Below are positions 47,265 to 56,930 of a stretch of DNA of 64,000 nt, one piece after another. The translations under genes and the position numbers were made by a program. This DNA comes from Calditrichales bacterium (GTDB taxonomy: Bacteria > Calditrichota > Calditrichia > Calditrichales > J004). The DNA lies in contig OZ254086.1 in NCBI GenBank assembly GCA_965267575.1, forward strand, positions 2,976,001-3,040,000, in the 5' to 3' direction. Every line of letters begins with the position of its first letter. Positions within the stretch are counted from its first letter, which is position 1. A model generated the notes under the pieces. That model searched no databases, was not told the origin of the DNA, and was given only the letters and a program-made list of their open reading frames with translations.

Positions 47265-48113
47265 TTAAAGGTTGTATTGTTTAGCCCATCCGAGAAAACC
47301 ACGGGCTATTTTCTCCATCTCATCCAGATAATGAGTCGGGCTTTCGGCAGGCCAATTATGGTCGTGCATTTCCTTTAATAGATTTTTTTCGTGTCTCTGA
47401 TATGTCTCATGCACCTGCTGCAAAAACACCACCTGGTACCAGGCGTAATTGGCGATGCCCACCCTGGTATAAAGCCTCTCAAAGTCGGCAAGGCTTGTAT
47501 GGCGGGGTTCGATTACATCAAGTAGAGCGGAGCCTGCATCCAGCCAAAGTGCATTGTATTCGGGCTTGTTTTCCTTCAGATAGTAATAAGCCATATAGGT
47601 GGCAACGAATTCAAAGGTCCACTTGTTTGGAAAGCTGATGCCGTATGCCCGCGCGTAAACATGGCCCAGCTCATGAAAGCCGATTAACGCTACAAAAAGC
47701 TCGCTGATTGCCTTATTGCTCAGTCCGTATTTTTTGTCAAAACCTTTGTTCTTTATGGCAGATAAAATGATGCGCGCCAGCTCATGGTTCGGTGTGGCGG
47801 GAATAAAGACTACATTGGGAGGCCCCGAAACAAAGGGCAGACCATAGGGGATTGGAGTCACGTTTTGCCAATCCTGCTCGTCAAGTATTGCTAATTGAAA
47901 ATCTTCCTTAACGCCGAGGTGTTCTTCAAAAAACGCGCCTGCCGGAGCCAACAAGTCCTGTACTTCACGGGCGCGCTGTTCAAAGCTTTTTGAATAATTG
48001 GTCGTGACGGATCCGCTCAACTGTGGCAGGTTGAGTGCTTCAACTTTCTCTTTCGCGGTTTGGCTTAACAACGGCAAGGCAAAAATCATCAGGATCAGAA
48101 TAAGGATTTTCAC
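47265..48113 (-). CDS. Exported hypothetical protein with HExxH motif
   Basis: Signal peptide; GFHELGH followed by WTFEFVA (possible third zinc ligand). Confidence 0.65.
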   Translation of the reverse strand: MKILILILMIFALPLLSQTAKEKVEALNLPQLSGSVTTNYSKSFEQRAREVQDLLAPAGAFFEEHLGVKEDFQLAILDEQDWQNVTPIPYGLPFVSGPPNVVFIPATPNHELARIILSAIKNKGFDKKYGLSNKAISELFVALIGFHELGHVYARAYGISFPNKWTFEFVATYMAYYYLKENKPEYNALWLDAGSALLDVIEPRHTSLADFERLYTRVGIANYAWYQVVFLQQVHETYQRHEKNLLKEMHDHNWPAESPTHYLDEMEKIARGFLGWAKQYNL

Positions 48114-48219
48114 TATGATCTCACTAAGATTAGATTAACGCGGGGTGTCGATTTTCTAAACTACTGAAATCTACCTGCCTGATATTTAAGATTCAACTAA
48201 TTTTAAAGGCGTTAAAAAG

Positions 48220-48654
48220 CTATTTTTCCAACAACTTTTTAAGATTCCTGAATTCTTCCTGGGTTACTTTTTTGGAAGCCATATGCATCATCGGTTGCAG
48301 GGCCCTCCAGAAGCCTTTTGGCGCAAGCGTGCTGGACATGCGTATGGATGTGGCGTTTTCGCCATCAGCGGTAAAGTCATATTCATAATTGAAGCGGGCG
48401 ATGCCGTTTTCCCCTTCATAATAGAGGCGCTCGTTGGGCGTGAAGTCTACGATTCTGAAGCTGCCAGTGGTTTTAATGGGCCCCGGCTTTGTACTGAAGC
48501 TGTATTCGGCACCCGGACCCGGCCCGCTGCCTTTTGTCTGCTGCACCTCAATAACGGGCGGGCACCACCTGGGGTCGTTTCGGCTGTCTGCAACGAATTC
48601 AAATACTTCTTTTAGCGGTCGTTCGATGCGGATTTGGTGATTGATTGTAAACAC
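48220..48654 (-). CDS. SRPBCC family protein
   Basis: IRIERPLKEVFEFVAD..NDPRW; GGAGG RBS. Confidence 0.82.
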   Translation of the reverse strand: MFTINHQIRIERPLKEVFEFVADSRNDPRWCPPVIEVQQTKGSGPGPGAEYSFSTKPGPIKTTGSFRIVDFTPNERLYYEGENGIARFNYEYDFTADGENATSIRMSSTLAPKGFWRALQPMMHMASKKVTQEEFRNLKKLLEK

Positions 48655-48740
48655 TTTTAACCTCCTATCCGTTGTTCAAACAACCAAGATAAAAAACCCG
48701 ATTGCAATATCAAGGCGGAGGAAGATTGTTTATGGAAGAA

Positions 48741-49145
48741 TCAGCGCGCCTCACTGATCTCAAATAAGTGACCGTCCGGGTCGCGGAAGAAGCAGCGGAT
48801 TTCGCCGCCCCAGTCCACGGGTGGGGTAAGGAATTGTGCGCCGCGTTCGCTGAGGATGTTATAAGCCTTTTTGCAGTCCGGTACGCGGATGGTCATCGCG
48901 TGGTGTACGGTAAGCGGATCTTGCGGCACATCGAAAGTGACATTGGGCTTGTCGCGGGTTGGGCCGCCGCCGGTCACCAGCAGAATCCAGCTTTTTAAAA
49001 AACTAAGCACGCAGGATGTGCCGCCGTATTCGCGGTAAACTTCGGCACCCAATATTCTTTCATAAAAGTCTTTCGATTTTGACATATCGCTGACGACAAG
49101 GATATGCGTAATCGCCATGTCTCCTGTGGGGAATTGGTCCTTCAT
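48741..49145 (-). CDS. VOC (glyoxalase/bleomycin resistance) family protein
   Basis: LVVSD..KSKDFY, FFRDPDGHLFEI. Confidence 0.88.
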   Translation of the reverse strand: MKDQFPTGDMAITHILVVSDMSKSKDFYERILGAEVYREYGGTSCVLSFLKSWILLVTGGGPTRDKPNVTFDVPQDPLTVHHAMTIRVPDCKKAYNILSERGAQFLTPPVDWGGEIRCFFRDPDGHLFEISEAR

Positions 49146-49156
49146 GAGTGCTCCTT

Positions 49157-49969
49157 TTAATTTGATGCCCTGGCTTCGCCCTGCAGCCTTCTGTTTACTT
49201 CCAGTATCAGGCTGGCCACCAGGCGCGAACGTTCCACGGTGCCGGTAAAACGGCCGTCACTGTCCACCACCGGCAGATTGTCCACGCGCAGGCTATCCAT
49301 TTTATTTAACACTTCCAGTTTGGAAACGTTTTTGTGTACGGCTTTGTCCGCCGGGATAAAACCCGGCAGGGCGGCCAATTCAGTGCGTGCTTCCTGCGAT
49401 CCGCTGTTAAGCCACCTTGCAAAACTATTAAACGGATCGCGTGATTCGTCGCGGAAAAATATGGCGATGTCCAGCGCGTGATAAATGCCAAACAGGCGGC
49501 GGTCCTGGTCCAGGATAATAAGGTGTTCAAGGTAAGAGCTGGCGTAAAGCGCATCGAAGTATTTTTTTATTGCCGGGCCATAATAGCGTCCATAACCGAG
49601 CGTCAATTCAAGGGCTTCTGTTTTATTTCTCAACAAGTCGGGAATTTTATCCACGCCTTCTTTACGGTGGATTTCCGGCTGTTCGACAAGCTCGTTTAAA
49701 CCGGGTGAAGCAACAGCCAGGATATCGGTTTTGATTTCCGCGCCGGCGGCATCGGCAAACAACGCAGAGAAATCGGCCTTCACGCCGAACGCGTCCAGCA
49801 CCTGCAATTTCCCGCTTGCCAGTAAAACAATCAGCAACGGTAAAACAATCAACACCAGGTCGATCGTCTTCAGCTCAAATTTGTCTCCGTAGCGTGCCCG
49901 GACATATACCGCCGCAATCAGCAGTGCCAGTCCCAGGCCCAACAGGCCAATCACCTGCCATTTTTCCAT
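49157..49969 (-). CDS. Membrane protein with C-terminal CBS domain
   Basis: Two N-terminal TM helices; C-terminal LPVVDSDGRFTGTV CBS motif. Confidence 0.7.
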   Translation of the reverse strand: MEKWQVIGLLGLGLALLIAAVYVRARYGDKFELKTIDLVLIVLPLLIVLLASGKLQVLDAFGVKADFSALFADAAGAEIKTDILAVASPGLNELVEQPEIHRKEGVDKIPDLLRNKTEALELTLGYGRYYGPAIKKYFDALYASSYLEHLIILDQDRRLFGIYHALDIAIFFRDESRDPFNSFARWLNSGSQEARTELAALPGFIPADKAVHKNVSKLEVLNKMDSLRVDNLPVVDSDGRFTGTVERSRLVASLILEVNRRLQGEARASN

Positions 49970-50029
49970 TGTCGTCTCTCCTGTAAGTTTTAAGTCAGCC
50001 TGTCCGCCCGGGACCGGATGCCTGTTGTG

Positions 50030-51196
50030 CTAGTTCAGAACGCGTGCCAGACGGTTGGGTGGCAGAAGCGGCAGGGCAAAACGCGCCACTACACCGCCAT
50101 GGTCCGAAGGCCATAAACCCGACGCCGTGCGGTTAAACGGTTCATCGCCAACCACGATTGCCATTACCGGCCCGGCCAGCGGCACATCGCCTTTAACATA
50201 AATGTGATCAATACGCTCGGTGAAATTGGCCACCGGGTTGCGCAGACCGGCATCATGGCCAAAAGTGTTTCCATCCGGATTATCCTGCAATTTGTTTTGC
50301 GTCCATAAATCCGTGTAGCCCGCGGAGAGGATAGCGTTATAAGTAGGGCCTTGTGGCGCGGGAGAATTGAAATCGCCCAGCATAACAATCGGCAGGGTTT
50401 CACTGCTCAAATCTGTCAGCAATTCGGAAATCTGGGCCAGCCGTATTTCGGTGGCAAAGGCTTCCAGGTGCGTGTTTACAAAACGGTATGTGTGCGGACC
50501 CACGGTGGCGTCAACGGCGCAATAACCGCGCAATATCTCCGTGTTCAGGTCGGGGATGACCAGGTTGACCGCGAAATTCTTTGCCGTCACATCGGACACC
50601 TCAACATGTCCGCGTGCCAGGATAACGTCAAAGTCGGTCACGCGGATATCATCAAACGTGAGCGGGTCCACGCCTGTGACCATCGGCAGTTCCACGTCGG
50701 CATTTTCCACCAACGCGGCCACTTTATAATCCAGGCCGTATGCCTGCAGTGTGGCAACCAGCACATCCAGGTAGTTGATCAGCGTATCCACGGCCGGTTG
50801 CGTCCCGCCGACCACCGCGTCACCGGGAGATTGCAGACGCAGCAGCGTGACTTCCTGCAACCCGATAAGGTCCGGTTTGGTCAATGCAATCTCGTTGGCC
50901 AGTGAAATGGCGCGCTCAGGAAAGTTTGTGGCGATAAGCTGCTGGAAGGCCTGCGCTGTTAACAAGGGAATGTCTTCGGGGTTTTCCGCGGAAAGCACCT
51001 TATCAACATCGGCGCCAATGTAAATATTACGCGTCATCACCCTCAGTGCGGGCCCGCCTTTAGCCAAAGCCTGGAAATTTTGCAGATCGCTTTGCGCGTC
51101 CAACTGCTGCAGCGGCGTGCTTGTAGGCGCTTCTGTTTCACAGCCGGTGAACAAAAAAAGCAGGGATATTACAAAAGAAACGGAGAGGAGCTTCAT
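50030..51196 (-). CDS. Endonuclease/exonuclease/phosphatase family lipoprotein
   Basis: LFTGC lipobox; VMTRN, DLIGLQE, NTHLE, GDFN, RIDHI, SDH; start set to ATG 51196 (GGAGG RBS). Confidence 0.85.
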   Translation of the reverse strand: MKLLSVSFVISLLFLFTGCETEAPTSTPLQQLDAQSDLQNFQALAKGGPALRVMTRNIYIGADVDKVLSAENPEDIPLLTAQAFQQLIATNFPERAISLANEIALTKPDLIGLQEVTLLRLQSPGDAVVGGTQPAVDTLINYLDVLVATLQAYGLDYKVAALVENADVELPMVTGVDPLTFDDIRVTDFDVILARGHVEVSDVTAKNFAVNLVIPDLNTEILRGYCAVDATVGPHTYRFVNTHLEAFATEIRLAQISELLTDLSSETLPIVMLGDFNSPAPQGPTYNAILSAGYTDLWTQNKLQDNPDGNTFGHDAGLRNPVANFTERIDHIYVKGDVPLAGPVMAIVVGDEPFNRTASGLWPSDHGGVVARFALPLLPPNRLARVLN

Positions 51197-51423
51197 AGAT
51201 ACCTCCACGGCTTAAGGTTAAAGGTCATCTCTGACCGGGGTAGTTTTAGAATAGTGAAAGGACAGCCCAAATATAGTGTTCACCGTTGGGTAAGACAAAA
51301 ACGAAAAAATATTGACTGAACAGGCTAGTCTGCGGCCTGATAGGTCTAAATACACGCGATGGTTTGAAACTTTCCGGACTTTATACGAGGCCTCAAGAAA
51401 CCAATGGAGACGGCTTTTCGGAT

Positions 51424-51990
51424 TTAGTGGTTATCATTTTCTGCTTTTCTCTGCCATACAAACTCAAACGTTTGCGGCCAGTAGCCCTCAGGATCAGTCT
51501 GATAATGGTTGAATTCGCGGCCATAAATAGTGTTGCCGTCTTCCGATATTCGCCATTCAACACGTTCTTGTGCCGGAACCCCATCGCGGCCGGTGAATGT
51601 GTCATATCCTTTAAAAAGCCGCTTTAGTGAATCGTAATGTAAAGCATATTGCACTTTACCCGGCCAGTTGTCGTAAAGAAACAAAATTTGGAAGCTGTCC
51701 CGGCGTGCGTCGTAATTCCAGAAAATGATCAGGTCGCGGCTTTTGCCGTCCGGCTGTGTCCACGTGCTTCGGAATTCAGCGTATGTTCCTTTTAGAGTTT
51801 TAGAGCAGGTCGCTTCCACGCTTTCCCTGCGCGGTTCCCGGTCATCAAGCCTGGGAAACCATGCTGTGGCTGTTCCCTGCCATTCACCGACAAATACATC
51901 CAGTATCGCCGCAGGATCGGCTTTAGATTCACTTCCTCCGGCAAAGACAAAGCCGGTAGAGATTAAAATAAGCAGACATATCGAACGCAT
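51424..51990 (-). CDS. Exported hypothetical protein (DUF1579-like beta-barrel)
   Basis: Signal peptide; FVGEWQG motif; AGGAG RBS. Confidence 0.6.
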   Translation of the reverse strand: MRSICLLILISTGFVFAGGSESKADPAAILDVFVGEWQGTATAWFPRLDDREPRRESVEATCSKTLKGTYAEFRSTWTQPDGKSRDLIIFWNYDARRDSFQILFLYDNWPGKVQYALHYDSLKRLFKGYDTFTGRDGVPAQERVEWRISEDGNTIYGREFNHYQTDPEGYWPQTFEFVWQRKAENDNH

Positions 51991-52067
51991 AAGATGCTCC
52001 TGTTTATAGACGACGTTAATCTCTACGGGACAAGTGCCTCAATGATGCAACGATCACGGTAGCCGAT

Positions 52068-52529
52068 TTAGCTTTCCAGCGCAATCCGGCGGCCATCCTG
52101 TAAAACAACGGCCCCCGTTTCCAGAAGTTGGCGCAATTTTTCCAGGTTTTCTGCCACCGCCGATTGGATCTTTTTACGGAACAGCTTTTCCAGCAGGACC
52201 GGCTTTCCGGTTTCAAGTTTCCAGGTGTCGGTTAAAACCGTTTTGTTATCTTTAAAACTTAAACTGAAATGTCTTTCAAAAGCGGGCTTGCTTTCCGCAA
52301 CGGTTTTTATGGCTATCGATTCAGCCGCTTTTAATTCACAGACCACAAACTCCTGCCGGTCGTTTTTCCGTACCTGCAGGTAACGGGCGTTCAGGCCGGT
52401 TTGTGTTGAGATTCTTTCCACGGAGCGCACGTAGTAATTCCACATGGGGATATTTTCAAAATCGGCAAGGAAAGCAAAAACCACCTCCGGCGATTTATGA
52501 ATAAGTAATCTGTTCTCAAATTCAATCAT
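52068..52529 (-). CDS. SRPBCC family protein
   Basis: IHKSPEVVFAFLADFENIPMWN; C-terminal NLEKLRQLLE. Confidence 0.8.
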   Translation of the reverse strand: MIEFENRLLIHKSPEVVFAFLADFENIPMWNYYVRSVERISTQTGLNARYLQVRKNDRQEFVVCELKAAESIAIKTVAESKPAFERHFSLSFKDNKTVLTDTWKLETGKPVLLEKLFRKKIQSAVAENLEKLRQLLETGAVVLQDGRRIALES

Positions 52530-53377
52530 GAGGTTGCTTCTGCGTTTTCTTGCAGGGCGATTGTTGTTTTATTGTTTAAGCGAGCAGTACTCTGAGGATC
52601 ATGCGTGGGCAGATAAACGGTCGGTCGTGATTGGGCCATGGTAATTATGCGTTCGATTGTGTCCAGGGTTACGGACGCTTTGGGTGAAACACCGTCGGGT
52701 TGTCGGTTTAAAAGCAGGCCTTCATCATAGCTGGTATCACCGGCGAGAAAATAGCACACGTCTTCATGTTCAACGACAACCGAAATATGCCCGGGTGTGT
52801 GACCGGGTGTCGGGACGATCCTGATATCCCCCTTTTCGGTCAGCGTGTGTGACGTATCAAAAGAGGCATAGGCCCCGCCATCAAAGCTGATCGTTTGCGG
52901 TTTGAACCACGAAGGCCAGTGCTGCGGTAGATAGCCGCGCATTTTTCCGCCAAAACCATGGGCTATTTTCAGTTCTTTTGGTGAAACGAGAATATCTGTC
53001 TCCGGAAAATGTGGCAACCCGCCGGCATGATCTGTATGGAAGTGGGTGAGGATCAGAGTTCTTATATCACCAGGCTTAATACCCATTTTTTGAAGCTGCG
53101 GACCGATTTCCTGTTCGGGCGTAATGTCCATTTGCAGCGAGCCGCGGTAGTATGGGTGCCATGAAGGAAAGTAGCCCGGTTCCAGCGTTCTGGCGGTATC
53201 ACCCGTGTCAACAACAAAGATGCCTTCGGGATGATCAATAACCCACACGAAAATGGGCAGCCATTCCGTCCATTCGTTATCGCTAAGTATGCGAACAAGC
53301 CCGCCGGGTTTGCGCACCCTTTGGGCTTTTTTAATCTTAACCAAACCCGTTTGAACGGCCTGAATTGTCAAAGACAT
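52526..53377 (-). CDS. N-acyl homoserine lactonase-like metallo-beta-lactamase fold protein
   Basis: VVDTG, THFHTDHAGG (HxHxDH), PGHTPGH, LAGD, PTHD. Confidence 0.8.
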   Translation of the reverse strand: MSLTIQAVQTGLVKIKKAQRVRKPGGLVRILSDNEWTEWLPIFVWVIDHPEGIFVVDTGDTARTLEPGYFPSWHPYYRGSLQMDITPEQEIGPQLQKMGIKPGDIRTLILTHFHTDHAGGLPHFPETDILVSPKELKIAHGFGGKMRGYLPQHWPSWFKPQTISFDGGAYASFDTSHTLTEKGDIRIVPTPGHTPGHISVVVEHEDVCYFLAGDTSYDEGLLLNRQPDGVSPKASVTLDTIERIITMAQSRPTVYLPTHDPQSTARLNNKTTIALQENAEATS

Positions 53378-53465
53378 AATACCCCCTCTATTTTAGATTT
53401 CGGTGATTTCCTTTCAATTGGTTTACGATGTAATCTTAAGGTATAAGTGTAGAAAAATCAAAAAG

Positions 53466-53681
53466 TTAAAGACTTTTAGTTAGCTTGTAGGCAAGGTTGA
53501 CCAAGACTAACATAAAAATAAATGCAGAAATCAGAATGCCTGGCCGTAGCTTCCACGGCAACCGCTTGTGAAAGCTACTTAACGCCCAGATCGGGTATGG
53601 AGCGCCCAAGGCCAAAACCAGTTGAAACGGGGCCATAGCCGCAAAAACAACAATTGCAATCCAGCCCGCACGCCCGTACAA
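53466..53681 (-). CDS. Small hydrophobic ORF, possibly a truncated membrane-protein gene
   Basis: FQLVLALGAP...LPWKLR; short, non-ATG start, no clear RBS. Confidence 0.3.
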   Translation of the reverse strand: MYGRAGWIAIVVFAAMAPFQLVLALGAPYPIWALSSFHKRLPWKLRPGILISAFIFMLVLVNLAYKLTKSL

Positions 53682-53719
53682 AACGGACTTTCTTTAAGCC
53701 TTCGCCCGGTCAACGCCGG

Positions 53720-54262
53720 TTATTTGCCGGTCATTTTGTAGAGCTTGTTTACCGTCTTCCAGTTACGCGTGGTGGCCGGCGTTTTCAGTTTGCGCTCTAC
53801 AAAGGAATTGGAATATTTAGTGCGGCCGTAACCGTCGGGACAAAAGAAATAGATTTCGCTTTCGCCGGGCTCGAACTCATCGTTGCCGGCATCGGCGATG
53901 TTCAGCGCGCTGATGGCCGAGAGCGTGGGCATGATCTTGAGAAAAGTGACGTGCAGCTTCGACGGGTCTTCATTGCGTTCGTGGACAAACGCGTTGCGGG
54001 CAATTAATTTACGGAAGTTTTCGGCGGCACGGACAAACACGACTACATCAAATTCATACACATCGCGGATCTTTTGTTCAATCTGGCCGGCCAGTTTTTC
54101 GCCGTTTGTTTCGCTGCTTTCAAACAGCACGTTGCCGCTTTGTATATAAGATCGCACATTACCATAGCCCAGTTCCTCGTACAGCTGTCGTAAATCGGCC
54201 ATTCGGATTTTCTTTTGCCCGCTTACGTTGATTCCCCGCAGCAGTGAGATATAGGTGGTCAT
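53720..54262 (-). CDS. DUF1697 family protein
   Basis: YISLLRGINVSG, SYIQSGNVLF, TTRNWKTV; start set to ATG 54262 (AGGAGG RBS). Confidence 0.9.
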   Translation of the reverse strand: MTTYISLLRGINVSGQKKIRMADLRQLYEELGYGNVRSYIQSGNVLFESSETNGEKLAGQIEQKIRDVYEFDVVVFVRAAENFRKLIARNAFVHERNEDPSKLHVTFLKIMPTLSAISALNIADAGNDEFEPGESEIYFFCPDGYGRTKYSNSFVERKLKTPATTRNWKTVNKLYKMTGK

Positions 54263-54376
54263 TGTAAATCGATCCTCCTGGATTAAGTTATCGACGAGGG
54301 GAGCATTCTTTCTTAACCCGCCGGGTAGCATCGGCACAAGATAGATAATAAGCCTGTTTCATAAAAGGGAGCCGCA

Positions 54377-54682
54377 ATGTCTTTCACAATCAAGTCCTGG
54401 CAGGTCTATGCCTTTATCGCCTTTTGGGCCATAACGGACCGGTTGCGCGAACTGCCGCTGTTTTGGGTGGAAGAGACCTGGATTACATGCCAATGGTTTC
54501 TGACGACAAACGGGCCGGAGTGGCTGTGGGTTTTTGCCGACGGCTATCATTTTTTTAAGTGGATCGCCGTGGTGGTCTTGTGTGTGCTGCTGACGCGCAA
54601 GTTTTTGCCGACTGTCGTCTTGCTGGTCATCTGGTTTATGGTGCAGGTAGCGGGGCAGATTGCATTGACCTGGGGCAGCTAA
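54377..54682 (+). CDS. Small membrane protein
   Basis: GGGAG RBS; 101 aa, Trp-rich hydrophobic, DGYHFFKW motif. Confidence 0.55.
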   Translation: MSFTIKSWQVYAFIAFWAITDRLRELPLFWVEETWITCQWFLTTNGPEWLWVFADGYHFFKWIAVVVLCVLLTRKFLPTVVLLVIWFMVQVAGQIALTWGS

Positions 54683-55107
54683 GCATTCCGCTTAAACCAG
54701 CTTTTGTATAAAAAGAGGCGCGGGAAGAAAGCCAGGTACAGAAAAGGATAAAGCAGCAGGTCGCTCAGGAAGAAGCCGCTTGAATAGCGCATATCATCGA
54801 TGATCACGCTGCCCGACCCGCGTTTCTCGACAATATGCCTGTGTTCCCACGTTTTTAGCAGAAACGGCAGTTTTTTGCCCCGATCTACAAAATAGGATTG
54901 TTTTTCGTCTTCGCCGTGGTCAACGATTTCACTGATCCACAGAAAAGGTCCCAAACGCAGGTGTACTTCATCGCCCGTCCGCGAGCCGTCAAAACGCAGC
55001 AGCCTGGAAAAAGGCGGCAGCAGGTATAAAAAAAGATCGCGGTCAAAACCGTCAAAAACCTCATTGTACGGTAAACCGAGTTTACACTCAAGGCGTATGC
55101 GCATCAT
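54679..55107 (-). CDS. SRPBCC-like protein
   Basis: LFLYLLPP, W.SEI, FVDRG..LPF..WEHRH; coupled to the upstream photolyase-family gene. Confidence 0.72.
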   Translation of the reverse strand: MMRIRLECKLGLPYNEVFDGFDRDLFLYLLPPFSRLLRFDGSRTGDEVHLRLGPFLWISEIVDHGEDEKQSYFVDRGKKLPFLLKTWEHRHIVEKRGSGSVIIDDMRYSSGFFLSDLLLYPFLYLAFFPRLFLYKSWFKRNA

Positions 55108-56636
55108 AAGTTGTCCAGATTTTTGAGATACTCACCGGCCTGTTCGCTTATTGCTTTTTTTGTATTTTCATCCATGCGGGAGAGATTCCGGTAGGCCATA
55201 CCAATACGCGGATTGTTGCCAAGCTTGTCTTCGTGACGCATGTAGAAATTCCAATAAAGGCTGTTAAAGGGGCAGGCCTTGTCGCCCGTTCGTTTGCTGC
55301 GGCTGTAAAAGCAATCATCACAATAATCGCTCATTTTGTTGATGTAATTGGCGGAAGAGACATACGGCTTTGTACCTACAATGCCGCCATCGGCAAACTG
55401 GCTCATGCCCCGCGTGTTGGTGATTTCCACCCACTCAACGGCGTCAATATAAATGCCCAGGTACCAGGCATCCACTTCACGCGGATCGATGCCGGCCAGC
55501 AGGGCGAAGTTGCCGGTAACCATCAGCCGCTGGATGTGATGAGCCCAGGCCGTTTCCAGCGACTGCCTGATCGCGTGGTGCAGGCAATTCATCCTCGTGT
55601 CGCCTGTCCAGTACCATTCGGGTAACTTGCGTTGGTGTTGCAGGTAGTTTTTGTGGGCAAAGTCCGGCATGTATGCCCAGTAAATACCACGCATAAATTC
55701 ACGCCACCCGATCACCTGACGAACAAATCCCTCAATCTGCTGAAAGGCGATTTTATTTTTGTTCTTTTGCCAGGCGTCAATCGTTTTCTCCACCACTTCC
55801 ATGGGGTGCAGCATTTTTGTGTTGAGGGCAAAACTAAGCCGCGAATGGAACAGAGTTTCATGGCGCGTGGTCATGGCATCCTGGTAAGTGCCGAAGTGCG
55901 GGAGAAGGTTGTTGCAAAAATAGTCCAGTAATTTCAGGGCTTCGCGGCGTGTTAAGGGCCACGGGACTTTTTTGGGGTTGGCTGTGCCGATTGTTTCCAC
56001 GCCTGCCAGCTCCAGCATTGCCGCCAGCCCGCTGAGATCGTGATCAAATGTGAGCGGTGGAGGAAGTGTCGTGTCCTTTTTCAGCGGCTTGCGGTTCTCC
56101 TTGTCGTAATTCCATTTTCCCGTGAGCGGCTTGTCGCCTTCCATCAGAATTTTGTGTGTGCGACGCATGTCTCGGTAAAACGACTCCATCAATGGCGATT
56201 TCTTGTCTTTAAAGAATTTCTTCAAATCTCCCCTCCCGCTGATGAAATGTTCGGAGGAGACCATGGCCGTATCGATCTCCAGATTGTCGCACAAATCGGC
56301 CAGTTGCTGGTCCAGGCGGTATTCATCCGGCTCCATGTATTCAAACTTTTTGAAGCCTTTGTCTTTGATCAGGCGTTTTAGGTTCGTGCCAATATTCTGG
56401 TGATTGGTTTTATCGTCAAGTGCTAAATAGAGCACCTTATGCCCCTTCTTTTCAAGCCAATCGGCGAAAGCGCGCATGGCGCCAAAAAAGGCCAACACCT
56501 TCTGGATATGGTGGCGCACATAATCCGTTTCCTGGCGCAGCTCCATCATTACGTACGTGATGCCGTGATCCCTTTTGCCAAACCAGCTATGCCTGTTATT
56601 AAGCTGATCGCCCAAAATCAATCGCAGGATTTTCAT
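55104..56636 (-). CDS. Cryptochrome/photolyase family protein, FeS-BCP (bacterial (6-4) photolyase/CryB type)
   Basis: LILGDQL, HHIQK, WNYDKENR, EGFVRQVIGWRE, HHIQRLM; four Cys (MNC; YCDDC; ACPF) for a 4Fe-4S cluster. Confidence 0.9.
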   Translation of the reverse strand: MKILRLILGDQLNNRHSWFGKRDHGITYVMMELRQETDYVRHHIQKVLAFFGAMRAFADWLEKKGHKVLYLALDDKTNHQNIGTNLKRLIKDKGFKKFEYMEPDEYRLDQQLADLCDNLEIDTAMVSSEHFISGRGDLKKFFKDKKSPLMESFYRDMRRTHKILMEGDKPLTGKWNYDKENRKPLKKDTTLPPPLTFDHDLSGLAAMLELAGVETIGTANPKKVPWPLTRREALKLLDYFCNNLLPHFGTYQDAMTTRHETLFHSRLSFALNTKMLHPMEVVEKTIDAWQKNKNKIAFQQIEGFVRQVIGWREFMRGIYWAYMPDFAHKNYLQHQRKLPEWYWTGDTRMNCLHHAIRQSLETAWAHHIQRLMVTGNFALLAGIDPREVDAWYLGIYIDAVEWVEITNTRGMSQFADGGIVGTKPYVSSANYINKMSDYCDDCFYSRSKRTGDKACPFNSLYWNFYMRHEDKLGNNPRIGMAYRNLSRMDENTKKAISEQAGEYLKNLDNL

Positions 56637-56729
56637 CGCTTTTTCTCTTTTTTCATTGCAAGGGCCGAAAAATATTTCGAATATGTGTTCGTCGTTGTTT
56701 GCTTTTTAAGCCTAAAGCGAGGACCCGTT

Positions 56730-56930
56730 ATGACAGAAGATATCCTCTTTTATTGCCCCTACTGCGGAGAGGAGCAGGTTATTGAAGTGAGCGCCGATAT
56801 GCTGGAAAGCACCCATTTTATACAGGATTGCGACGTCTGCTGCCGGCCCATAGAAATACGCCTGTACCGCGATCCCGAAGGCGCCGTCTACGCCGATGTT
56901 AGTTCTGAAGATGGAGATGCCGGCTATTAG
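56730..56930 (+). CDS. CPXCG-motif cysteine-rich protein
   Basis: GAGG RBS; CPYCGE...QDCDVCCRPI; 66 aa from ATG 56730. Confidence 0.85.
   Translation: MTEDILFYCPYCGEEQVIEVSADMLESTHFIQDCDVCCRPIEIRLYRDPEGAVYADVSSEDGDAGY

Noticed and set aside
45027..54262. Run of same-strand small accessory genes resembling an integron cassette array
   Set aside because: No repeated attC-like element was seen in the gaps, no integrase is present, and several genes overlap or have their own RBS and promoter space.
56439..56729. N-terminal extension of the 163-aa ORF
   Set aside because: Overlaps the photolyase-family gene in antisense; the RBS and motif support a start at 56730.
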